Shown: positions 17,771-24,818 of the stretch, piece by piece
Position numbering within the stretch: position 1 is the stretch's first letter
Layout: every line of letters begins with the position of its first letter
Origin: Candidatus Izemoplasmatales bacterium
Lineage (GTDB): Bacteria > Bacillota_I > Bacilli_A > Izemoplasmatales > Hujiaoplasmataceae
Length of the DNA: 24,818 nucleotides
Direction: 5' to 3'
Assembly (NCBI GenBank): GCA_050177605.1
Contig: JBFXGX010000009.1
Coordinates: 1 to 24,818 of the forward strand
Notes under the pieces: model-generated
Told to the model about the DNA's origin: nothing
What the model saw: the letters and a program-made list of their open reading frames with translations, nothing else
Database searches by the model: none
Made by a program: the position numbers and the translations under genes

Positions 17771-18166
17771 TTGGCAAAGTCAGTGATGTATCGTGGAACT
17801 GGTAGAAGAAAATCTGCAGTTGCACGCGTTATATTAAGACCAGGAAAAGGAACAATTACAATTAATGGTAGAGAGTTCGCTCACTACATTCCTTCTTCAC
17901 TTGCACGTCTTGATATTTCACAACCTTTAGTTTTAACAGCGAATGAATCAACATTTGATATCTCTGTCAATGTACGTGGCGGAGGACTAATTGGACAAGC
18001 AGGAGCGATTCGTTTAGGAATCACTCGTGCATTATTAGAAGTAAACCCTGAATATCGTAAAATTTTAAAACCAGCTGGACTTATTACCAGAGACCCTCGT
18101 GCTAAAGAACGTAAAAAATACGGTCTTAAGGGCGCACGTAGAGCACCACAATTTAGTAAACGTTAA
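17771..18166 (+). CDS. rpsI: 30S ribosomal protein S9
   Basis: [46 protein letters not shown] start, SD AGGAGG. Confidence 0.98.
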   Translation: MAKSVMYRGTGRRKSAVARVILRPGKGTITINGREFAHYIPSSLARLDISQPLVLTANESTFDISVNVRGGGLIGQAGAIRLGITRALLEVNPEYRKILKPAGLITRDPRAKERKKYGLKGARRAPQFSKR

Positions 18167-18177
18167 TCAAAGCCAAA

Positions 18178-18213
18178 TAAAAGACACAAGACCCCACATC
18201 TTGTGTTTTTTTT
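18178..18213 (+). terminator. intrinsic terminator after rpsI
   Basis: AAGACACAAGA-ccccaca-TCTTGTGTTTT followed by a T run. Confidence 0.88.
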
Positions 18214-18227
18214 ATTTGCTAGAGTTG

Positions 18228-18236
18228 TGATATAAT
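18228..18236 (+). promoter_or_regulatory. extended -10 promoter for the membrane-protein cluster
   Basis: TG-A-TATAAT; SD GAGGT at 18261-18265. Confidence 0.55.
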
Positions 18237-18272
18237 AGTGGTAATTATGCTTTTTATATCGAGGTAAAAGAG

Positions 18273-18947
18273 ATGCCACAGGTTTATGGATTGGAACACT
18301 TTTTATATTTGTTCACGGTATTTAGTATTTATGCAGTTGGTTTTTATTTGATTCATAAGTTTATCAAAACAGAAAAACAAGTGACTTGGTTAATTAAAGG
18401 ATTAGGACTAGTACTTTTTCTAGCAATTATGTGGAATAGAATCAGCGTAAGTGCGCTTCGCGATGGCTGGGACTTCTTTATTCCAAGTACCTTTTGTGGA
18501 TTTTCAAGTTTAGCACTCAGCCTAGGCGCTATTTTTTTAAAGAAGGATCATCCTTTCTTTCACTCGGTTGCCTTTGTTGGATTACTCGGTGGATTACTCA
18601 CAACTTTTTATCCAGATTTTATTGGACAATCAGATTCGATCTTTTATCCGATGACAATTTCGGGATTAGTTCATCATTCAGTGATGGTTTTTCTAGTAAT
18701 CGTGATGATTCAAACAAAGTTTTTAATTCCTACAAAAAAGAAATGGTTCTATCTTCCACTAGGGCTTAGTTTATACATGACATTTGGGTTATTCCAAATT
18801 ACCGTACTTGGTTATAATGATGCAATGTATATCTATCATCCAATTCTAGAGGGCACAGCGCTGAATTGGTTTGTTCTTGGAATGATTTTTCTTCCATATC
18901 ACTTTATCTTTGTTAGTGTATTTGATTATTTTAGAGGTCGTCAATGA
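18273..18947 (+). CDS. YwaF/TMEM164-like integral membrane protein
   Basis: Multi-TM; YGLEH N-terminus, P-x-x-x-C motif (PSTFC), YPD, later His pair; resembles the YwaF family pattern. Confidence 0.6.
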   Translation: MPQVYGLEHFLYLFTVFSIYAVGFYLIHKFIKTEKQVTWLIKGLGLVLFLAIMWNRISVSALRDGWDFFIPSTFCGFSSLALSLGAIFLKKDHPFFHSVAFVGLLGGLLTTFYPDFIGQSDSIFYPMTISGLVHHSVMVFLVIVMIQTKFLIPTKKKWFYLPLGLSLYMTFGLFQITVLGYNDAMYIYHPILEGTALNWFVLGMIFLPYHFIFVSVFDYFRGRQ

Positions 18948-20146
18948 AAAAGAAAAACTTTGCACCAATTTTATTACTTGTTGTTATTTATTTAGCATTT
19001 ATCGCGCTTGGCTTGCCAGACGCGATTTTAGGCTCTGCATGGAATCTTGTAAGAATGGATTTACAAGTGTCTTTAGGGACACTTGGAATCATGACTGTGA
19101 TGGTCTATATTTTCAGTGTCTTATCGACATTTAATGCGCCAAGGATTTTAAGGCTTTTAGAGACTAAAAAAGTCGTTTTTATTTCGATATTATTCACTGG
19201 GGTTGCTTTGTTACTGATCAGTCGAGTGAGTGCATTTTATCAAATGCTTTTCTTTGCGATTCCTTTAGGGATTGGTGCGGGAGCGATTGATGTTAGCCTA
19301 AATCATTATTTAGCATCGAATTATAAAGCAACTCATATGAATTATTTACATACTTTCTATGGAATTGGCGTAACCCTTGGTCCTTCTGTCATGGCGTTTA
19401 CACTCAAAAATAATTCTTGGCGAATTGGTTATGTTGTTGTTGGAAGCATTTTGCTTATTATTGCACTGATTGTATTTGTTTCTTTTAAACTATGGAAAGA
19501 ACAAAGCGAAGAAGAACGAAGTGAACTTCACACACCGATTTCAACCAAAGAAATTGTCAAAACGAAAGGTGTGATTGCTTCCATTTTAATTTTTCTTTTT
19601 TATGTTCATATTGAATCTTTAGGTGGTGTCTGGATTAGTTCTTATTACTTTGAGACGAAATCGATCACTTATTCTGATGCGGCACTTTTTACTATGACTT
19701 TCTACTTAGCGCTCACGATTGGAAGGTTCTTAAGTGCCTTGTTATCACATGTTGTGAAACCAAATACATTAATTCTACTTGGCGAATCTTTGATTGTTTT
19801 ATCAGGAGCACTTATGTTTATCAAGGTGAATCAGATTGAAGTATATTACGCTGTTGTATTCTTGTTTGGGCTTGGGTGTGCACCGGTTTTCCCAAATATG
19901 ATGTATATGAATAGTCAGAATTTTGATAAATCGAAAATGAGTAAAGTCATTTCCTTGCAAATGGCATTTGGTTATATAGGATTTGGGTTACTCACTCCGC
20001 TTGCCGGACTATTGTTCGAAAAGATTAATATTTCAATTTATCCCATCTTTATCTTACTTGTTTCATCGCTCATTCTAGGAATGACGATTCGGTTTATTTA
20101 TACAATCAAAAAAGGAGAAAAAACACATGAAGTTTTCGAAGGATAA
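18944..20146 (+). CDS. MFS transporter
   Basis: 400 aa, about 12 TM; FIALGLPDAILGSAW, GIGAGAID..LN, MNYLH.FYGIG..LGP, GCAPVFP. Confidence 0.88.
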   Translation: MKKKNFAPILLLVVIYLAFIALGLPDAILGSAWNLVRMDLQVSLGTLGIMTVMVYIFSVLSTFNAPRILRLLETKKVVFISILFTGVALLLISRVSAFYQMLFFAIPLGIGAGAIDVSLNHYLASNYKATHMNYLHTFYGIGVTLGPSVMAFTLKNNSWRIGYVVVGSILLIIALIVFVSFKLWKEQSEEERSELHTPISTKEIVKTKGVIASILIFLFYVHIESLGGVWISSYYFETKSITYSDAALFTMTFYLALTIGRFLSALLSHVVKPNTLILLGESLIVLSGALMFIKVNQIEVYYAVVFLFGLGCAPVFPNMMYMNSQNFDKSKMSKVISLQMAFGYIGFGLLTPLAGLLFEKINISIYPIFILLVSSLILGMTIRFIYTIKKGEKTHEVFEG

Positions 20147-20834
20147 TCTCATTTTACTTTCTACAGTTGGTGTTGCGCTTATTTTAGGACTAGCTACTCA
20201 ATTTTTCTATGGAGGAGTGGATGTACTAAGTATATTGAGAGTGCTTATTTGGTTTAGTCTCGCTCATATTCCGTTTTTACTGATCGCAACGAAAACAAAA
20301 TATAGAAAAAATGTCTTTGTACCTGCTTTTATCCTTATTTTGTTTGTAATTGCGATTTTGATCATTTATTTCATTACTAGTCATACTAGTGATTCGTGGG
20401 CTGATTTAATCTATGCCATCTTCATTGCTTTTGGATCAGTATTTGCCGTCCTAAGCTTCTTTATTAACTTACTAATCTATCGAAGATTGAAGAACCATGA
20501 TACTTTATCTTCTAATCCTCTTTTGGTTGCGGATTCGTTGGCGCTGTTCCTTAGTATCTTGATGCTCTTTTCTTACCTTGATATCTTAGGTGATATGAGC
20601 ATTCGTTTAGCACCGGCCTATTATTTATTTGTGGGTGGATTTGGAATTTTGTTAGCGATACTCCTTTATTATATAATGAAAAACAAATGGCATTATTATA
20701 AATTAGGTCTGTCAACTATTCCGATGTTTTATGTCTTAATGTTTCACCTAGAAGGAATACAAGATGTTTCAACTATCCTAGTGAGTTCAGTTACGACGAT
20801 TATTTTTGTATTATTAAGTCAACTAAGAAAATGA
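20127..20834 (+). CDS. hypothetical polytopic membrane protein
   Basis: 235 aa with 7-8 hydrophobic segments; SD AAGGAG; 20-nt overlap with the MFS gene. Confidence 0.75.
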   Translation: MKFSKDNLILLSTVGVALILGLATQFFYGGVDVLSILRVLIWFSLAHIPFLLIATKTKYRKNVFVPAFILILFVIAILIIYFITSHTSDSWADLIYAIFIAFGSVFAVLSFFINLLIYRRLKNHDTLSSNPLLVADSLALFLSILMLFSYLDILGDMSIRLAPAYYLFVGGFGILLAILLYYIMKNKWHYYKLGLSTIPMFYVLMFHLEGIQDVSTILVSSVTTIIFVLLSQLRK

Positions 20835-20873
20835 AGTTGGCTTTTTCTTTACATAGAAAAGAAGATTCCTCTA

Positions 20874-20882
20874 TGATATAAT
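20874..20882 (+). promoter_or_regulatory. extended -10 promoter
   Basis: TG-A-TATAAT upstream of the 425-aa ORF. Confidence 0.5.
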
Positions 20883-20913
20883 GAATTTAAAGTGTATTCA
20901 ATTATTGTGAAAG

Positions 20914-22191
20914 GTGCCTATGGATAAACAATTAAAATATGATGTAGAGCGTGGGCTTGGTAAAGTTTATCGCTATTTAAAAGATAAAGATGATATACAA
21001 AAATATAAAGAAGATTTGGTTCATCTTCTTTTAAAAGATCAAACCTATGATTTCAACTTCGAAGGTTCGAAAGGGTTATACTTGTATGACTTAGTTCAAT
21101 TATTTAACGACCCTCTTGAGTTTTTACAACCGATTACCTCGAAATTCGACTCAAAAATACGATATACCTTATTTGTTCAACTGGCAGATTTGTTAGTATT
21201 ATTTCATCATGATTATAAAGAACTACGTATTATAGATAAAATAATATTGAAGTTTCATGAATTAATATCCAATAAAATATGGAGTAAAGATTCCCTTCTT
21301 AAAATAGACTATTTACTTATCGTGTTCTCTCAAAATTTGAGTAAAAAACAACTTTTGAAACAAATCATTTTGTGGCAGGAGCAGTTGCTAAAACATAAAA
21401 ATTGTTCGATTCAAGATTTTGGTTGGTCAATACACTACATAAACGAACGGATTCCTGGACTCATTCCTATGGATGAAAGACCAGAAAAACCGGGCGAACC
21501 AAGAACCTTTGAAAAGGCATTTAAATTCGCTTCTACTGAAGATTTTCATCAAAAAATATTCATTTTAGATGACCCTTTTGAACTTAAAAAGCTGATGGAT
21601 TTTATTTATTCGGCCAAGGATATCGATGAAAAAGTGTTAAGGAGATTATTCATGACTGTTTCCTTAACGATGAGCTCTTTTAACTATAAAAAGATAGATT
21701 ATCCTTGTATCGATACACAGATGTTATTATCTTTGTTTCATCAATATAGCGATCCTATATTGAAACAAATGACGTTAAAGCTAATGATCCAATATAGCGA
21801 TTTGCCTCAACGCTCCTTCGGGTATGAGTTATTAAATACATCATTTCATGCATATGGAATTGGATTTATTTTGAAAAGTTATCAAAAAAATGATAAAATG
21901 ACCCTTTTTAACTATGTGTATCATCTTGATTTTTCTAGAAACAATCATGATGTTATCACTGTAGTCAATTATTTCATGGATTTCTTTAAACACCACAAAT
22001 CCAATGAACTGAATGAACTATTGTTTGTCTTCTATGAACGAGGTGTTAGTTCATATAAAAGAGAAGAAATCGTCAAACTGATGGACAAAAAGAAACTTTT
22101 AACAATAAGTGATTATGAGGACTTATTGCATGATTCGAACCAAGACATTCGAAAACTTGCAAAAAAGGTTTATAGAAATTTAACTAAATAA
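20914..22191 (+). CDS. hypothetical all-helical protein, possibly HEAT-like
   Basis: Long uninterrupted ORF, Leu/Lys-rich, C-terminal LLHDSNQDIRKLA resembles a HEAT repeat end; true start may be ATG 20920. Confidence 0.7.
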   Translation: MPMDKQLKYDVERGLGKVYRYLKDKDDIQKYKEDLVHLLLKDQTYDFNFEGSKGLYLYDLVQLFNDPLEFLQPITSKFDSKIRYTLFVQLADLLVLFHHDYKELRIIDKIILKFHELISNKIWSKDSLLKIDYLLIVFSQNLSKKQLLKQIILWQEQLLKHKNCSIQDFGWSIHYINERIPGLIPMDERPEKPGEPRTFEKAFKFASTEDFHQKIFILDDPFELKKLMDFIYSAKDIDEKVLRRLFMTVSLTMSSFNYKKIDYPCIDTQMLLSLFHQYSDPILKQMTLKLMIQYSDLPQRSFGYELLNTSFHAYGIGFILKSYQKNDKMTLFNYVYHLDFSRNNHDVITVVNYFMDFFKHHKSNELNELLFVFYERGVSSYKREEIVKLMDKKKLLTISDYEDLLHDSNQDIRKLAKKVYRNLTK

Positions 22192-22213
22192 GAAGATTTA
22201 TATATTTTTCTTA

Positions 22214-22244
22214 TTGACTCTCACCTTGGGGAAGATATTATAAT
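22214..22244 (+). promoter_or_regulatory. MerR-type promoter/operator (19-bp spacer)
   Basis: TTGACT (22214-22219), 19 bp, TATAAT (22239-22244); imperfect dyad TCTCACC-TTG-GGGAAGA (22219-22235). Confidence 0.8.
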
Positions 22245-22263
22245 TCAAAATGAGGTGAGATTG

Positions 22264-23118
22264 ATGAAACAAATAGGTGAATTTGCAAAAGAAAATAATG
22301 TCACAATTAAAGCACTACATCACTACGAAAAAATAGGGCTAATTTATCCTTCTTTTGTGGATGAAGAAACTGGATATCGATACTACTCAGAGAATGAAAG
22401 CAAAGAGTTAAAGTCGATTTTATTTCTTAAGGATCTAGGATTATCATTATCTGAAATTAAAGACATCAAAGAAAAGGACACAGACAAATCCAAACTCATT
22501 CAATTTTTTTCTCTTAAACTGAGACAAGCTACTAACGAAATTAATCTTACTTCAAAAAGAGTTTTTAAACTCAATAAAATCATTTCGAATATTACAAACA
22601 GTAATATCGAACAAAACAATTTGGAGGAGGTATTAATTATGTTAGAAAAAGAATTGGATACTGGAAAATATGGGCAAGGTAAATTCATTGAAGAAACAGA
22701 AAAATTATTTGAGAAGGCTTTAAGCAACCATACACCATTAAGTGTGATTGAACTAGATTTAGATTATTTCAAGGCCATCAATGATAATTATGGTCATGAT
22801 GCAGGAGATATTGTACTTCAAAGAACATGGGACAGTATTGTGAGTACACTACAAACATCGAAATACATTTCGACATTTGAAAGACGTGGGGGAGATGAAT
22901 TTACTGTGGTCGTTGAAGCAACCCCATATCAGGCATCGAAATTAGCCACAGATATTTTAAATAATGTGATCGACTGTGATTTTTCAGATATTCATGAGAA
23001 TCTTAAAATGAGTATGACTGCTGGGATCGCTGGTATCAGTAAAAAAAGAAATACATACCAACAATTACTTCAAGATGCGACCCTAGCAATGTATCAAAAT
23101 AAGAGAAATCGTAAGTAA
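22264..23118 (+). CDS. MerR-family regulator fused to a GGDEF (diguanylate cyclase) domain
   Basis: IGEFAK..NVTIKALHHYEKIGLI.P..VDEETGYRYY, LKDLGLSLSEIK (MerR); DLDYFKAINDNYGHDAGD and R.GGDEF (22888-22902); SD GAGGTG favours ATG 22264. Confidence 0.9.
   Translation: MKQIGEFAKENNVTIKALHHYEKIGLIYPSFVDEETGYRYYSENESKELKSILFLKDLGLSLSEIKDIKEKDTDKSKLIQFFSLKLRQATNEINLTSKRVFKLNKIISNITNSNIEQNNLEEVLIMLEKELDTGKYGQGKFIEETEKLFEKALSNHTPLSVIELDLDYFKAINDNYGHDAGDIVLQRTWDSIVSTLQTSKYISTFERRGGDEFTVVVEATPYQASKLATDILNNVIDCDFSDIHENLKMSMTAGIAGISKKRNTYQQLLQDATLAMYQNKRNRK
22639..23118 (+). CDS. predicted internal in-frame product: stand-alone GGDEF domain (159 aa)
   Basis: GGAGGAGG (22623-22630), 8 nt, in-frame ATG (22639) at the MerR/GGDEF boundary. 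Confidence 0.55.
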   Translation: MLEKELDTGKYGQGKFIEETEKLFEKALSNHTPLSVIELDLDYFKAINDNYGHDAGDIVLQRTWDSIVSTLQTSKYISTFERRGGDEFTVVVEATPYQASKLATDILNNVIDCDFSDIHENLKMSMTAGIAGISKKRNTYQQLLQDATLAMYQNKRNRK

Positions 23119-23164
23119 AAGAATGCTTATGAATTAAAAACGTCAACGAAGAAGAGGATAGGCA

Positions 23165-23857
23165 ATGAAAAGGATAGGATTAATCGGTGGAATGAGTTAC
23201 GAGTCTACCAAAGATTATTATGATATTATCAATAAAGAAGTCAATAAAATCTTAGGTGGAAGTCATAGCGCTGAAATCTATTTATATTCTTTTGATTACC
23301 AAGTTCTTGATGATTTTCTGCATCATGGAGGAATGGATCAAGTCTCAAAAAAGGTGAGTGAAGCAGCCATCAAACTTGAACAGGCTGGCGCAGAAATGAT
23401 TTTAATATTGGCGAATACAATTCATCTTGTTGCGGAAGATGTCAAGAAACAGATTCACGTTCCTTTGGTCCATATCGTCGAGTCGACACAAGAGGCGATT
23501 CATTCTTTAGGGATGAAGAAGGTTGGGTTACTTGGAACGAAGTTTACGATGGAAAGCAATCTTTATCCATCGATTTTGGAAAAGAGCGGAATTCGAGTTC
23601 TTATCCCTAGTAAGGAACAAAGGGATTTTATCCATCAAACCATTTATTTTGAACTCATTGTTGGAAAATTGCTTGAAAGTTCAAGAAAGAAATTCATCGA
23701 CATCATCGAAGATTTAACAAAACAAGGTTGTGAGGGAATTATTCTAGGGTGTACTGAAATCCCACTGTTAATCAAACAAGAAGACGTTCCTGTTCGAATT
23801 TTTAACACAACGAAAATCCATGCGTTGTCCGCTGTAAAAAAAGCATTTGAAGAATAA
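23165..23857 (+). CDS. aspartate/glutamate racemase family protein (YgeA/RacX-like)
   Basis: IGLIGGMS.EST..YY, ANTIH, GLLGTKFTM, ILGCTEIP. Confidence 0.9.
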   Translation: MKRIGLIGGMSYESTKDYYDIINKEVNKILGGSHSAEIYLYSFDYQVLDDFLHHGGMDQVSKKVSEAAIKLEQAGAEMILILANTIHLVAEDVKKQIHVPLVHIVESTQEAIHSLGMKKVGLLGTKFTMESNLYPSILEKSGIRVLIPSKEQRDFIHQTIYFELIVGKLLESSRKKFIDIIEDLTKQGCEGIILGCTEIPLLIKQEDVPVRIFNTTKIHALSAVKKAFEE

Positions 23858-23873
23858 TTATTTCAAAACTCAT

Positions 23874-23905
23874 TAAGCATCCAACCCTGGATGCTTATTT
23901 TATTT
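23874..23905 (+). terminator. intrinsic terminator after the racemase
   Basis: TAAGCATCCA-accc-TGGATGCTTA followed by TTTTATTT. Confidence 0.85.
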
Positions 23906-23957
23906 GACCTATTCGCTCCTTAGGAGTATAATTAATAATGGTTTACCAGTAAACTAT
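23904..23957 (+). promoter_or_regulatory. marR promoter and putative MarR operator
   Basis: TTGACC (23904-23909), 17 bp, TATAAT (23927-23932); inverted repeat GTTTAC-CA-GTAAAC (23941-23954) just downstream of the predicted +1. Confidence 0.75.
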
Positions 23958-23974
23958 ATTAATGGGGTGATACG

Positions 23975-24403
23975 ATGGAATTTGATCAAGCCAAAAGGTT
24001 AAGAGCTTCTATCCAAAATGTGAATACGTACATAAGTAAAGAACTGAAGGAACATCAAGTAGGCTATGGACAAATCGAATATTTTATTACGATTTTTTTT
24101 AATCCAGGACTTTCTCAAAACGAGTTGTCTAAAAAACTATTCGTCACAAAAGCAAGTGTCACAAAAGCGCTGAAAGTTCTTGAAACAGAAGGTTATATTG
24201 AAAGAAAGAGTAGTGCGGAAGATAAAAGAGAACTACGTTGTTTTGTGACAAAAAAAGGAGAAGCAATCGTCGAAACCTTTCTGCCGAAAGCTGACAAGAT
24301 TCGTAGTACATTATTTCACGGATTTAGTAATGATGAAATGGAAACTTATATGCGCCTTACGATGCGCTTTTATGAAAACTCTTGTAATTTATTAGTTGAC
24401 TAA
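23975..24403 (+). CDS. MarR family transcriptional regulator
   Basis: PGLSQNELS..LFVTKASVTKALKVLETEGYIER...EDKR....VTKKG winged helix. Confidence 0.92.
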   Translation: MEFDQAKRLRASIQNVNTYISKELKEHQVGYGQIEYFITIFFNPGLSQNELSKKLFVTKASVTKALKVLETEGYIERKSSAEDKRELRCFVTKKGEAIVETFLPKADKIRSTLFHGFSNDEMETYMRLTMRFYENSCNLLVD

Positions 24404-24430
24404 TTAAGATAGAGAAAGAAGAGAAACAAG

Positions 24431-24818
24431 ATGAGAAAATATACACAAACCATTATGAAATTTAGAAAGCCATTATTTGCCTTATTTGCAATACTCAATC
24501 TAACGGCTATTTTTGGAATATTCCATTTAAAGTTAAGTACCGACTTTTCAATGTTTACGACAACAGACTCGGCTGCAGTAGCAGCGATGAATGAAATCGA
24601 AACTACTTTCCAAACTAAAAATAGTCTGGTGATTGTCGTAGAAGACAATAATAATGCCTTTGAACAGGACGATATTGTGTCTTTAACTAATCTTCAAAAT
24701 GATATCACTTTAAATGCGGATGTAGCCTTTATTTCACAGGTAATACCTGATCAAATTATTACGGATAGTGGTGTCATCACAAGTGAGTTCTATACGAGTA
24801 GTTTATTAGAAAACTATT
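24431..24818 (+). CDS. probable MMPL/RND family transporter, 5' partial (runs off the window)
   Basis: Not in the ORF track. Open frame from ATG 24431 to the window end: MRKYTQTIMKFRKPLFALFAILNLTAIFGIFHLKLSTDFSMF...EIETTF....LVIVVE, i.e. one TM then an extracytoplasmic loop, typical of MMPL N-termini. Confidence 0.65.
   Translation, partial: MRKYTQTIMKFRKPLFALFAILNLTAIFGIFHLKLSTDFSMFTTTDSAAVAAMNEIETTFQTKNSLVIVVEDNNNAFEQDDIVSLTNLQNDITLNADVAFISQVIPDQIITDSGVITSEFYTSSLLENY

Noticed and set aside
21742..21801. Direct repeat CAATATAGCGAT (QYSD twice, 48 nt apart)
   Set aside because: Only two short copies inside a CDS; not a CRISPR or mobile-element repeat
5511..23857. AsnB + Asp racemase as a D-Asp/D-Asn peptidoglycan bridge pathway
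   Set aside because: 16 kb apart, no D-Asp ligase, asnB is under an Asn T-box, and the racemase lacks the first Cys
23904..23932. marR promoter as a second MerR target (CTCCTTAGGAG dyad)
   Set aside because: The spacer is 17 bp and the dyad abuts the -10 rather than the -35; not MerR geometry
15978..24648. ORFs 15978-16187, 18494-18769, 18910-19134, 22500-22727, 23523-23717, 24400-24648
   Set aside because: Overlap well-supported genes; 24400-24648 is antisense to the partial MMPL-like gene

Overview
AT-rich bacterial chromosomal window using the standard genetic code (TGA = stop). Gene content and promoter/RBS style suggest a low-GC Bacillota/Mycoplasmatota lineage, possibly Acholeplasma/Izemoplasma-like; this is inference only. 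Left to right: a HEPN-like + CBS-pair gene; an ECF transporter module (ecfA1-ecfA2-ecfT) with truA; a MazE/MazF-type toxin-antitoxin pair with a palindromic operator; a complete Asn-specifying (AAC) T-box riboswitch before asnB; a flavodoxin; a minus-strand Zn/Mn ABC ATPase + permease + small membrane protein; tmk-holB-ricT(yaaT)-tRNA m6A37 methyltransferase-rsmI; DJ-1/YajL-metG-YitT; rplM-rpsI; an accessory membrane cluster (YwaF/TMEM164-like, MFS, hypothetical); a 425-aa hypothetical; a MerR-GGDEF fusion followed by an Asp/Glu racemase homolog; MarR and the 5' end of an MMPL/RND-like gene. The best candidate for something undescribed is the MerR-GGDEF gene. It has a MerR-type 19-bp-spacer promoter and a perfect internal Shine-Dalgarno plus in-frame ATG at the domain boundary, suggesting a TipAL/TipAS-like two-product gene. 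It is probably co-transcribed with a racemase that lacks its first catalytic Cys. Second candidates are the putative nucleotide-gated HEPN-CBS RNase and a TruA with an ~82-aa N-terminal extension. No rRNA, tRNA, CRISPR array or IS element was recognised. All family calls are by eye, without database searches.
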